From assembly GCA_964106645.2 (NCBI GenBank), contig OZ067045.1: a stretch of DNA of 64,000 nucleotides; one strand, 5' to 3'. Both the position numbers and the translations under genes were made by a program. Below the pieces are notes generated by a model that had not been told where the DNA came from, did not search any database, and saw nothing but the letters and a program-made list of their open reading frames with translations. Source of the DNA: Podarcis pityusensis (lineage: Eukaryota). This document shows, in pieces, positions 1 through 12,472 of this stretch; the stretch's first letter is position 1, and each line of letters opens with the position of its first letter.

Positions 1-714
1 TTTCTCCTGCTCCTTGAACTTCTTCTTGTCCTGAAGATTGCGGAAAGCCTCAGCCAGTGCTGGGAAGAGGGTCTCGGAACTAGGAGGTGAGTTCTCTGGC
101 TCAGCGTCAGCAGCGGAACATGGTTCTCCATGACCCTTCCAGTCTTCAGTGGCAACAGCAAGCATGTCCCAAGCACTGGCTGCCCCGCTGTCAGGACTAT
201 CAATGCTTAGGGAACTGCTGGCATAACCATTGTCCTCTAAAGGGGAGCTGGCCAGCTTCCTTTCTTTTATCCTCTCCTTGGTCACCACCTTCTCATGCTC
301 TGGGTCATTGACTTCTGCTCCTTCTGGTGGTCTGCGGATGTCCTCTTCCTCCTCCTCTTCTTCTTCTTCTTCCTCCTCCTCCTCCTCCTCTTCTTCAGAG
401 GCAAAGGACATGCCACCAGACTTCAAGCCCTGGGGGACATCCTGTGGTTGGCTCATTGCAATTTGCCTCTGCATGAGCACTATTTGGTTATCAGATGCCT
501 CCGGTTCATTGTTCCCTCCTCGCTGCTCCGATTCCCCTGGCGTGCACTGGCTCCAGTTCTCATTGGTGTCATAGGCCTCCTTGCCCATGAAATTGAGGTT
601 TGTATCTGGCCGACAGTCCCTTCCACCAAGGTAAGCAGTGTCCAGTTGAGAGTTCCCCTTTGCCTCATTGAACAGCGGGTTAATGGGTATCTCTGGCTGA
701 CACATGGCGAACAT
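1..714 (-). CDS. C1orf216: C1orf216 (UPF0500) ortholog, single coding exon, 3' end runs off the window
   Basis: Open minus frame from ATG at 714: MFAMCQPEIP...NLNFMGKEAYDTNENW...RRPPEGAE...SPLEDNGYASSSLSIDS...LAEAFRNLQDKKKFKEQEK. This matches motifs recalled from human C1orf216 (SPLEDNGYASSSLSIDS, RSPPEGAE, KEQEK). Preceded by a polypyrimidine tract and CAGCAG acceptor at 733-728. Not in the ORF track because there is no stop inside the window. Confidence 0.93.
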   Translation of the reverse strand, partial: MFAMCQPEIPINPLFNEAKGNSQLDTAYLGGRDCRPDTNLNFMGKEAYDTNENWSQCTPGESEQRGGNNEPEASDNQIVLMQRQIAMSQPQDVPQGLKSGGMSFASEEEEEEEEEEEEEEEEEEDIRRPPEGAEVNDPEHEKVVTKERIKERKLASSPLEDNGYASSSLSIDSPDSGAASAWDMLAVATEDWKGHGEPCSAADAEPENSPPSSETLFPALAEAFRNLQDKKKFKEQEK

Positions 715-2735
715 CTGTGCACCCTCCCTGCTGGGGAAAAGAGAGTAAGAGAGAGAAATATAGGAACAAAATGTGTAACCCACACACAGGTCACATCCAC
801 GTAAGAAAATAATAATAAGAATAATAATGATGATAATAATAATAATAATAATAATTTATTTGTACCCCGCCCATCTGACTGGGTTTCCCCAGCCACTCTG
901 GGCGGCTTCCACATAACATAAGCAGAACATAATCATAACATAAGCAGAGCCTGCTGGATCAGGCCAATGGCCCATCTAGTTCAGCATCTTCTTCTCAGTG
1001 GCCAACCAGGTGCCTGTGCAAAACCTGCAAGCAGGACTTGAGCACAAAAGTGCTCCCCCTGCTTGCAGTTTCCAGCAACTTGTATTCAGAGGCATAATAC
1101 CTCTGACCTGTGGGCAGACCATAGCTTCCATCACTAAGGGCCTTTTTTGGACTATGTCAAGAATGGGGAACCTGTGGCCTCCAGATGTTGTGGGACTCCA
1201 ATCGGCTAACATGGCCAACGGTCAGAGTTGATGGGAGCTGGAGCCCAACAACATCTGGAGAGCCACAGGTTCCCCATCTCCTGGTCTGTGCCATGTGTGA
1301 AACAGCCCTCAGCTGAAACCCCACAAGTCACAATTGGGTGGTAAACCATTTTGAGAGGCTGTGATAAGGCACACATCCGCAGAGGACACTCACAATTTGG
1401 TTTCTTTCTTTCTCTGCTCCTTCCAAATTTGCACCCCAGCAATGTCATTGCCTCAGGCTGTGGAACTTTGGCAAACCCTGGCAGTAGCATGCAATATATT
1501 TTTTCAAAAAATAAAACACCTACAACGTGACTTGAAGAGAGGCTGTTGGCTGTGACTTTTGACAGACAGAAAGACAATGGAGATGGAATTCACCTACAGC
1601 TGGGGCAGGGTGAGGCTCATGGCTCTCTAATGTTTTTGCTGACTTACAACTCCCATCATCCCTGACCACGGGCCATGCTGGCAGGGGCATTAGGAGTTGG
1701 AGCCCAACAACACCAAGAGACACACAGGTTCCCCACTCTTTGACCAAGAGCTGGTAACCATTTTTAAGTGGCCAGTGACCTGTTTCTCAGAGCATCCTCT
1801 GCAGGCTGATGGGGTGCAGAGATATTCCTGCTTGCCTTCATGCACCACCATTGTAAAAATAATTTAGTTCACCAACCCAAAGCATTTTCATGACTTTAGG
1901 CAGATTACAGGCCCAACAAGGGAAAGGCAGTAGGTTTGGGAGCCTAGGGTGTCCTGGAGGTTGCAAAATGAACACTGGGCAATTCATGGACAAACTGAAC
2001 AACTGAACAGAGGGTGATGAGGCCTATAAACAGAGAGACTCTGCTACTCAGCTGCAGCACAGCTGATTCCCATACAGCAGTTTTTGCCAACCTAGTACCC
2101 TCCAGATGTTGTTGATCTACAACTCCCATCAGCCCCAGCCAGCCCCATATGGTGATGGGAGCTGGAGTCCAGCTACATCTGGAGGACACCAGACTGGCAA
2201 AGGCTGCTGCTCAGCAAGGATGGGGAACTTGTGGCCCTCCATATGTTGCTGGAGTCCAGCTCCTAAACCTTGCCAGTGATCAGGGATGATGGGAGTCGGA
2301 GTCCCCATCTGGAGGGGCACAGCTTCCCTCTCCCAGCTATACACAGTCTAAGGGGAGGCTGGGCAGTTTCCACCCCTGCACCTAAATACCTCCTAAGCGT
2401 GTAGCAGTTTTGTCTACACACACAAACACACCGGTCCTAATCCTCTCTCGATCCCACATTGTTTAACTTTACGACACACGAATTCAGCAAAGGAGCGGGG
2501 GCGTCCATCTGGCATCCTGCCAAACGCAAGTGGTTGCGCAGAAGGGCACGGTCGCTGCTGCAAAAATCCCTTCACAAGCAACAAACAGGGAATATGATGC
2601 AGTTTTGTCCCAGCTTTGGCACCGAAGGGGATCTGGTTGCAACCACCACCACCACCCCGCCGCTCTGTGTGTGTCAGTGCGCCAGCCCCTCACAGCTTTC
2701 TCGCTTGCTATACCAGGCATGTAACCGGCACTCAC

Positions 2736-3130
2736 CGCTAGAGCCTTGCAGAAAATCAGTGGGGAGGGGTGGGGGGTGTTTCAGTCTGCGTCTCTTGCCG
2801 CTGAGCTGCTGGAGAACGGAAATCGCATTAGGCAATGAAGCAGGAAAGCGTCACGGGCTGCCCGCTTCCTAGAGCAGGCAAGGTTGCTGCTGGTACTGCT
2901 GGCATGCAGCGGGAGGAGGAGAGAGCTCGGCGGCCGAGCTGTGAATGGCGCGCTCTGCAGCCACACAGGACCGCCGCTTGGGAGCACGACAGCAAGGCAG
3001 CGCCGCCACAGCACCTCCTCCGTCCGCAGCCAGAGAGGGCCCAAGACCAGTGCTGGACTGGTTTCCGGAAGACTAGCTAGCGCCTCCCCATACACACACC
3101 CGCCGCCTGCCCGGGCCAGTTCACACGACC
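2736..3130 (-). other. C1orf216: Probable non-coding first exon of C1orf216 (5' boundary approximate)
   Basis: Consensus donor G|GTGAGT on the minus strand at 2735-2730, at the edge of a CpG-rich block upstream of the coding exon's acceptor. Confidence 0.6.
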
Positions 3131-3360
3131 CAAACTAGCGTGTAGAGAATGCGAGTGGGACAGAAGGTGGGAGCATTTGGGGGCGGAACCGACCTGTTGC
3201 TGGCATTCTGGCCGCTAAACGAGAAGAGCGCCAACGTGCGTAAATAACTCCTTACGGCTTCTCTTGGTCGACAGACACGGGTGAATCACATGGCAAAACT
3301 CTCTGCGGTGGACCGACTCAAAGTGTGCCGGGGATAGGCGGGCCGCGAGGAGGAGGAGGA
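2780..3360. promoter_or_regulatory. CpG island / likely C1orf216 promoter
   Basis: High GC and CpG density relative to flanks; GC-box-like GGGGCGGA at ~3180; positioned at the 5' end of the minus-strand gene. Confidence 0.7.
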
Positions 3361-3431
3361 GGATGATGATGATGATTTCAACTTATACACGAGATTGAAT
3401 GCTATGTATGTGTACACTTGTGCATCAGTGT

Positions 3432-3579
3432 NNNNNNNNNNNNNNNNNNNNNNNNNNNNNNNNNNNNNNNNNNNNNNNNNNNNNNNNNNNNNNNNNNNNN
3501 NNNNNNNNNNNNNNNNNNNNNNNNNNNNNNNNNNNNNNNNNNNNNNNNNNNNNNNNNNNNNNNNNNNNNNNNNNNNNNN
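3432..3579. other. Assembly gap (148 N)
   Basis: Run of N characters. Confidence 1.
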
Positions 3580-3715
3580 AATGCCATGGGGGAGGGTTGT
3601 GGTTCAGTGATGGAGCATCTGCTTTACATGTAAACACTCCTTGATTCAACCCCTGGCATCTCCAGGTACCGCGCCCATCTGAAATCCTGAAGAGCTGCTG
3701 AAGGTCAGTGTAGAT

Positions 3716-3847
3716 CAGAGATGGCCAAACTTGGCCCTCCAGCTGTTTTGGAACTACAATTCCAATCATCCCTGACAACTGGTCCTGTTAGCTATGATGG
3801 GAGTTGTAGTCCCAAAACAGCTGGAGGGCCAAGTTTGGCCATCACTG
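3716..3847. mobile_element. Palindromic hAT-type MITE nested in a tRNA-derived SINE
   Basis: Long TIRs CAG(A/T)GATGGCCAAACTTGGCCCTCCAGCTGTTTTGG; 8-bp TSD gtgtaga(t/c) at 3708-3715 and 3848-3855; a near-identical copy lies at 43983-44118. Confidence 0.85.
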
Positions 3848-5286
3848 GTGTAGACCTTTGGCCAGATATTGCTGAACTACGATTCCCACCATCTTTGGCC
3901 ATTGGCCATGCTTGCTAGGGCTGATGGGAGTTGTAGTTCAGCATCCTATGGAAGGTCAAAGGTTCCCCACACCTACTGTAGACCTCCGAGCTAGATAGAG
4001 CAATAGTCTGATTCAGTACCAGGGATATAGGAGTGGAAGAGTGTGGTAGCGCTCATAGAATTGTAGAATTGGAAAGGACCAGGAGGGTCATCTAAGTCTT
4101 GCTTGTGGCCTTCCTGTTGGCTTCTGTGAGAAAAGGGTGGAGGACTGAGTCTTTGGCCAGATATGGGAAGGCCCTTCATAATCTCAGACTGTTCTGAACA
4201 CCCTCACAAAAATTAGCTCCCTGCAGTGTGAGTAGAAACCAAGGGAGGTAATCAGGTTTGAATTCATTTTAGGGTTCTAAGCTGTAAGTGCCCTAAACAG
4301 CTGTGCCACCCTTTGGCTGTACTGGAGTGAGAATTACTATAAGTACTGTTGGTCATCAGTTATGGGGAAGTGCCGTAGCTCAGTGGTGGAGCACATGCTT
4401 CGCTTGCAGAAAGTCGCAAGTTCAGTTGCCAACCTTTCCAATACAGTGGATCGTTCTGAGTTTGCAGGGTGTGGCATGATACTTGCCCAAGGCCTTGGAG
4501 AGCCATATCCAGGCAGCAGTGGTGGCTGGTGCCCATTGGGACTGGTAGGATGGAAGGCAGGGAGACCCAACAGTAGACAGAACCAGAGCCAGTGATAGGT
4601 AGAGCCAACTAATTTCACTTTTGTCCCTGTTCTCTTACCTGCTGAAATCTACAAGGGCAAATGGGTGGTAGTTTTTTTTCTTTCTGTTCTGTACCCCACC
4701 CTGGTATCTGTATTGATATGACAGCTTCATATGTAAGCTCAGGGCAAATCTGTATCACTTGCCCATTCCTTCATGTCTCCCACACCCTTCCTCATACCCA
4801 CTACCATCCCCACAGATAGTATGATCTCAAAAGGGTCTCTTATCACTACTCTGTGCCCCGGAGGCTTCTTGTCAACTTGAAATGAGAAGAGGGAGATGCT
4901 GGAAGAAGACCAAAATTCTGTAAAAGAATTTGGGGCACAGGAGTGTCTGGTCACATGAGAAGCCACATAGGAAGTGGAGATAAAGGGGCCTTTTGTGTTC
5001 ACTTGGAGGACATTGAAGCAAATTTTATAATTGCGGTGTTATTTTTATTGCAAAGTATCAGCTGCTTTCTACACAAGAAGTCTCTTAAGTGACTTACAAA
5101 ATGCTAAGAGCATAAAGCATGTCCCACACAATTCTCTCCTGTTTTCATCCTCACTACAACCCTGTAGGTAGTTTAGGTTGAGAGATAGTAAATAGTCGTA
5201 AGTTGAACTTCATAGCTCTGGAGATGAGAACCCCTAGTCCTGGTCTGACAGTCTAATGCACTAGACGATCTTACAAGTTGATTAAC

Positions 5287-5470
5287 AAAAAATTGTCCAG
5301 TAGCACCTTAGAGACCAGCTAAGTTTGTTCTGGGTATAAGCTTTCGTGTGCGTCTGAAGAAGTGTGCATGCACACAAAAGCAGAACAAACTTAGTTGTTC
5401 TCTAAAGTGCTACTAGACAATTTTTTATTTATTTCAATTGTGTCAGACCAACACAGCTACCTACCTGAAA
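5287..5470. mobile_element. Penelope-like element pseudo-LTR remnant arranged as an inverted repeat, with a degenerate hammerhead core
   Basis: Arms 5287-5352 and ~5369-5426 are reverse complements; central CTGAAGA-AGTGTGCATGCACAC-aAAAG; the left arm read on minus keeps CACAC-GAAAGCTTA. Confidence 0.6.
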
Positions 5471-6727
5471 GTTGATTAACAGTACAGTGCTATACATGGT
5501 CTACTCAAAAGTAAGCCCTAGAAAAGTAACTTACCCCAAAGTTTGTATTAGGATAGCAGCCTGTGCTGTTTATTTATGTAACAAGCAACATACATTTAAT
5601 AACAATAACAACATACTTATAAAATTCTTTAACCAGTTGATAACCCTGCTAAAAATGCAGTGCAAAAAGCAAGCGGGGAGCAAGGTTTTATTTTTAATTT
5701 TTAAAACACATTATTGCCCCAAACAAACAACACCCTGCTGATTCTGTCCAAAGTGTGCTGTGGGTTATTTCATTATAATTAAGAGCAATGGGCAGAAGTC
5801 CTCATTTGACAGCTGTGGGAATAGTAAATGGGAAAGTCCAGGTCATCCCTGCAACCGATTCAGCAGCCTCCGCTTTTCATCCTAGCAAGTCATTCATGGG
5901 GAGAGGCATTTTCTGATAGAAGCAGATCTCATTTGGGCTTTAAAAGCTCAAACCAGCACCTTGAACTGGGCCTGAAACCCAGCTGGATGTTGACACAACA
6001 ACGGTGGCAACTTTGATAGACTATGCTGGCACCTTCCCTCTCATGGTTATTTCAGAACATCAGTGCTCCCAGTAAACCCAGAGTAATCCAGAATGCCCTT
6101 TCCATTTATTGTAATTTTGATCTGGCAACCTCTGCCGAGATCAAATACCCGGAGTCCCTGACATTCAGGCATGCTATTTGCTATGCGCTAGAGATAACAG
6201 CTCAGCTCAATATCTGATCCAGGGTTCATGCAAGTAACTGCCCATGCTCCTCTCCTGCCAGCAACCTGCTTTTCATCTGTTGTGTTTTCTCTTAACCAAT
6301 CCAGCCCAATGTGCCACAGCCTTTGAACAAAATTGTTCCCAGCAGAGGCCTCAAGACCCCACTCCCCAGCCTGATGACGTCGGCATGTGTCACAAGAGCC
6401 TGTTGCTCTAACCTTTTTCCGTCAGGAAGGATGAATAATCGAGGCCTAACCAGTCCCGCATGTGAGGGAAGCTTTGAAGGGGAAGATGGCCAGGCACAAG
6501 ACACGAGGGCAAAACCACCAAATCGGAGGGGTGGGATGTTGCACGAAAGCTGCCTAACTCATCCTCTGGCTGGCTCTTCAGGGCTCCAGACTAACTCTAC
6601 AACTCATATCAGCCGCGGTAGAGATTAACCGGCTTTGCCCTTTTAAAAAAAAAATAGGAGTCAGCAACTTGCAGAAAGCAAGGATGTCAGCAGAGCCATT
6701 CGGGACCAAACTTTGCTGGTCCATTCA

Positions 6728-7469
6728 TTTTTTTTTTTTAAAGCAATTTATTAAATTTTACAATAAAGATAAACATAATAAACAATGTAACATTGATCTT
6801 AACGTATTTTCACATTTTCTTTGGACTTCCTCACATCTCCCGCTCCCATTTTCATCGTTGTAACATTTTGTCAGCAATTTATCATCTTATTTAAATTCTT
6901 ATATCCCTTCTATGTTTCATAATCTTATAATTCTCAAAAGGAGCTAAATTTCACAGTCTTACTTATTTTCTTAAAAAACTTCTAAATTTAGTGGTGCTCA
7001 GTTATTTTGATCTAGCATCTTGTTTAGCATTCACTCAAATTACAATACTTTTGTAAATAGTTCTTAAATTTCTTCCAGTCCTCCTCAATCCTCTCTTCTC
7101 CCAGGTCACGGATTCTGCCGGTCATTTCAGCCAGTTCCATGTAGTCTATCAGTTGTATCTGCCATTCTTCCAGTGTGGGTAGATCTTGAGTTTTCCAATG
7201 TTTTGCGAGAAGTATCCTTGCTGCTGTTGTTGCATACATAAAGAATGTCTGGTCCTTCTTTGCCACCCCTTGGCCGACAATACCCAAAAGGAAAGCCTCT
7301 GGTTTCTTAGTGAAGGTATATTTAAATACCTTTTTTAGTTCATTATAAATCATTTCCCAGAACGCCTTCACTTTAGGGCAAGTCCACCAGAGGTGGAAGA
7401 ACGTTCCCTCACACTCTTTGCATTTCCAACACTTATTATCAGACAGGTGGTAAATTTTGGCAAGTTTGA
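6728..7469 (-). mobile_element. 5'-truncated L1 LINE (ORF2 C-terminus, 3' UTR, poly-A)
   Basis: Minus translation KCWKCKECEGTFFHLWWTCPKVKAFW (L1 ORF2 CCHC region); AATAAA and poly-A at the 6728 end; 12-bp TSD ctggtccattca at 6716-6727 and 7470-7481. Confidence 0.9.
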
Positions 7470-9954
7470 CTGGTCCATTCAGTCCAGCATGCCAGGGTTC
7501 CCACAATTTTTTATTGCTTATTCATTCATTTAAAAGCATTTCTAAACCTCATATTTAAAAATCGAAGTGGTATATAAAAATGCAATAAAGCAGTGTCATA
7601 AAAACAGGTGCAACATAAAAACCAGGAAAAGTATTATAAAAATCAGAATTCAGTAATAATGGGGCCCTTTCTTATGGGTCAGAGAAAGTCAGGGCAGAAA
7701 GATAACCCTGGGAAGCACACAAGCAGGGTACACATCCAATAGATGTCTCCTGCTGCTAGTCCTCATAAACTCTTACTCATTGGTGTAAGGTAGTAGTGGA
7801 GAACCTCCAGCCCATAGGCATAATGCCTGACAGGCCTCCCCATTTGACAGGTGAAGCCATTTTGATGAACCCACCTGCCCTAAGCCTGATGCCATATATG
7901 GTGTCAGGTGTGGGTAGGTATCTTTGTATCTGCAAGGTCCTGTGCATAACATTTGGCAAACTCTGACAATCAGCTGATTGTTGGGGCTTCCATGCATAAC
8001 ACTATGCAAAGATGGGTGACCTGGCAACCCTACCAACCTGCCAAACCTGGCTTACGGCCTGGGAATATGGCACAATGGAATGGAATTTGATTTCTCTCTC
8101 CTTTTGCCTTCACCAACAGGATGAATGGAGACTGACCTGCTTAGGTGGTCAGCGGACCATCAGTCTCAGCAAATAGGATCAATGGTCAGAGATGATGGGA
8201 TTGGTACTCCAACATAGTCTGGAGGGAGCCATGCTGGCTGTAACCACTATAACATTTAATTCATTTTTAAAAATTTAAGTATTTATATTGTCTGCCTGAA
8301 CCTAACCAGAACAGGCCTGATGGTGAGTGCTGTACTCTTCACCCTACCCCCTACCAAAGTTGAAAATGTCAAGAATTTAAAGGCAAGTTGCTCTGCTTGG
8401 GGTTACACAATGACACCATTGGACAGTGTGTACTTGTGCCTATTGACTCATCCAGAGCAGGATTCAGGTCAGGGGTGGGAAACCTCAGGCTCAGAGGACA
8501 ACTGCAGCCCACAAGGCCTCTCCATCTGGCCCTCAGGACTCTTCCTAGGCCATGCCCCCTTCCAGGGGCCATACCCCTTATTGGCCCCTTTTCACACCCT
8601 TTTTGAGTATTTTTTCTTTCTTTCTGGAAAGTGTCCTTGAACTCAGACAATGCTTCTTGAAGGTGAGTGAGCATAGATACTATGGTACTTTACAACGGTA
8701 AAATCTGCATTCGTTGCTCTGCCTACCTTTTGTCCCTGGCCCCGCCCTCTGGTATGTGGCCCTTGAAAGGTTGTTCAGAAGGGAATGCATCACTCAGACT
8801 GAAAAAGTTTTCCCACACCTGTTTTAAGTAACAGGTAGGCTTAGGGAGCAGCATTGAAGCTCTCAGATGAGAAATGTGTGCCACAAGACCAAAGTCCAGA
8901 GGAATAATCTATCCTCCTCTTCCTCCAACAGTCTCGTTCCTCCTCAGATTCCAGCTCAGAAGGGTTTGGGAGCTGTGGCATTTGATGGGACCCTGTGGAT
9001 CACAGTCCCCGCAGGTGGGGCTTGGAGGTTAAGCAGTGTGACACAATGGCGACTGAAGCAATTTGCCAGCTCTCCAAATTGTAGTGTAGAAACATCCAGG
9101 CAAACTCATCCTCCTCACCAATGGGTTAAAGCTTCAGTTTTCTTTTTAAAAACTTCCTCGGACCATCTGTAACCTAACCCTCCCCAAATGCCTCATCTGA
9201 ATTTAATAAAGCAAGAGGGGAGTTGGAGAAATCTCCCAAAAAGCTTTCATAGAAATTAAAGTAAACAATGCGTTGACCTCCAGCCCTTCGTTGCCCTGCT
9301 GCTGACTTGGGCCTGCTTGTTACGGTTACAGACGGTTTGGCGTTTTTTGTTTAATTGTAAACACATTTGGTAAATACGCCAGGATTTGGTGGTAGCTCCA
9401 AAGGGGTCCATTAATGCACCGGTAAAAAAAAGCAGGGAAATGACTCCCATGGAAGGAGAGGAAATCTCCCATGTGAACGGGGGGGAGGCACACTGCTGAA
9501 CAGGCCAGAGACTGACAACGAGAGGCAGCTGCTCTCTCAAAAAAACCCGTAAGTGGACTGGGGGCCATCTTGGATTCAGCTTTGAGCAAATCAGTCAGGA
9601 GCTGCTTGCTGTTAGGGTAAGAAGCCTGTCCTATTTACAAAGCACAATTTAGGCTGCTAGGAAATGTACGGTAATCACCATCCATCCAAATGGTGGCTCA
9701 GAAAGACCTATTGGTGATACCAGATGGAGAATTGTATTGTTTGTTACCCATGTTTTTTGTGGGCAATACACTGAACCAGGGGTTGGAAACCTGTGATCCT
9801 CCAAGTGTTGCTGAACTACAAGACCCTGTATCGCTGACCATTGTGCAAGCTGGTTGGTCTAATGGGAGTTGGAAGTCCAACAGCAACATCCAGAGGGCCA
9901 TAGGTTCCCCCTGCCTATGTGCTAAATAGGCTATGGACATTGTTGGCTTCACAT

Positions 9955-10410
9955 GTAAGAACATAAAGAGTCTCCTGGATAGTCTAGCATCCTGCTCCCA
10001 CAGTGGTCAACCATAGGTCTGTGTGAAACCTGCAAGCAGGGCCTAAGCACAAGAGCACTCTCCCTTTCTGTGGTTACCAGTAACTGGTATTTATAAACAT
10101 ACTGTCTCGACCACAGGGTCAGAGCATAGCCATCATAGTTAGAAGCCATTGATAACCTTACTCTCCATGAATTTGTCCAGGTTGGTGGCCATGGTTGCCT
10201 CCCGCGAGACTGAATTCCATAGTTCATGCTGCATGAATAAGTACTTTGTTATATTTGTCCTGAATCTTCCAACATTCAGCTTCAATTGAATGTCTACAGG
10301 TTCTAGGGTTAAGACAGAGGGAGGAAACCTTTTTATCTGTGCAATTTCTTCATGCCATGCATATGCTCACATACCTCCACATCATGTCTCCTCTTACTTG
10401 CACTTTCTCA
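9955..10410 (-). mobile_element. Degraded CR1-type LINE 3' end
   Basis: Resembles squamate CR1 3' termini; related fragments at ~930-1130, ~30200-30480, and 33230-33336 plus 34240-34310. Confidence 0.55.
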
Positions 10411-12416
10411 AATCTGAACACTCACACAACCTATAGAAATCCTGATACATAAAGCAGAAGTCTGCAGTCACACTTAGAAAATGCTCTGACTCCAAAGAAG
10501 AAGGAGTCTCACCCACAGAAGCAAAGAAGTGAAGGAAGTCAGGAGTTTGGTCCATTCATCTCAGTGTTGCCTGCGCTGGCTGGCAAAGGGTCTCTAGAGT
10601 GTCCCCTGTTCACAAGAAAGCTGCTTGTGTTGGGAGATGCCTTCTGCCACATCAGGACATTGGTTCTTCTAGCTCAGTATTGTCTACTGCACTGACTGAG
10701 CAGCTCTCTAGGGTTTCAGACACGGATCTCTCCTAGCCCTGGGGCCTTTTACATGCAAAGCACGTGCTGAGCCACTCACTTACTGCCTGTCCCGGCCTTG
10801 TTCATACAATGCAATGTACAAACTAATTGCAGTCCACTGTTTCTTAACTACCGGGTTGTTTTTTTAAGTCAATGGCATCAGAAATGAACAGCAACCACCA
10901 CTATCTTGCCATTCTTCTTTGCCTACTAGCTTTTTCCTCAGGTATATTAAATTTGTCATTCTTTTAGGCTCAAAGCAAAGAAACAAACTTGTGAGGGATA
11001 AAGGCACTAATCAGATCTTCTGCCACATCCAAAACTGGCAGAATGTTCAACCGCTTACGTAAGCCTCCTTTTTGTTGAATAATAAACAAACAAACAAACA
11101 AACCAATCACCAGGTGAAAATGTTCCTCTTCAACCAGGCCCTGGGACGATTAAGATCCAATGCCCTTTTAAATGAATTGTGGGAGGGGCAGGCGGGTTAT
11201 TGGTTTGTTCTTGTTCTTGTTTGTATTATGTATTTTATTATTTTTATGTTGTGAACCACCCTGAGATCTATGGATGAAGGGCGATATACAAATTTAATAA
11301 ATAATTATAATTATAAACCACTGTTCTAGTCCATAAAGTTACCAGCCATTGCCAACAATTATATGGATACTGGAAACAAGTGTCAGAGAAAGTTGTGACA
11401 AGATGGCGGATTCAGGGCCCAGTGCTGGAAGTACCAGAGAGTTGGGTTCCACACACAGACAAAATTCCTTTGGTTCAGTGAGAAGCCTAGAAATGACTAC
11501 ATTAAGAAACATCCCCAAAGGGGATGTACACACCATACATTTAAAACACGCATCCTACAAAGGAATCCTGGGTAGTTTATCCTAAAGCTACCATTCCCAG
11601 CACACTTAACGAAGTGCAGCCCCTGGGATTCTTGAGGTATGGGGGGGAGTGCTTTAACTCTGCTTTAAATAAGTATGCAGCCAGAGTCCCAAAGGCAGTT
11701 CCTGGCAAGGGTGTTTTATTAGATGGGGGGTGGTCCAGAGAGCCTAAGCCTCTGGTGTTTCACCCTAGATCTCCCTGCCTTTTTATTTTGTTTTGTTTAT
11801 AGAGAAGCTGGGTACACTGAGATCCCAGTGACCCACCTACTTAATTTCCCAAAACAGAGGTGGATTTAGGGCAGTGTGACTGGTTCTGCCACACTGGGTG
11901 CTGAGCCTAGGGGGTGCTGCAGGGCATCACAATTATGACGTAGTGAATTGAGCAGAAGGGAAGGCAAGAGGCATGGGGGAGGGCTGCATCGGATTTTGGG
12001 CTCGCACAGGGTGCCACTGAAATTTGAAAGACCAAAGTCCCGCCCCTGCCCAGAAGCATCTGCAGATGTAAACCAGCCACTTGCTCCCCAACCATATGCA
12101 AAGTGATCTCTAATCCACTCCCACTATAAACATCAATAGACCCCCCTCCATTTATTACATACCTTAGCCACTCTCTCCAAATTCCCCTCCAGGGATAAAA
12201 ATAATAATCAAGATACTCTATCTGTGCCAAGAAAAAGCTGAGGTTCTGAAACCTGTGCCACATTATAAAATTAAGCAAATTTGCATACTCTCTCGTATTT
12301 TCCATAATTTATTCTGCATTCCCCACCCCCCAATTTTGCCCAAATGAATCTGCATCTGGCAGTCATAAGGAGGGAGGGGCCCACGGATATTTAGGCTCTG
12401 ATTCCCACCCACCCCA

Positions 12417-12419
12417 ACA

Positions 12420-12468
<49 letters not shown>
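12417..12468. repeat. Compound (CA)n(GA)n microsatellite
   Basis: Direct reading. Confidence 0.95.

Positions 12469-12472
<4 letters not shown>

Noticed and set aside
230-804. Plus-strand ORFs with poly-Ser and poly-Phe/Leu runs
   Set aside because: Antisense shadows of the C1orf216 poly-Glu coding exon.
3395-3778. ORFs containing long X runs
   Set aside because: Artefacts of the N gap.
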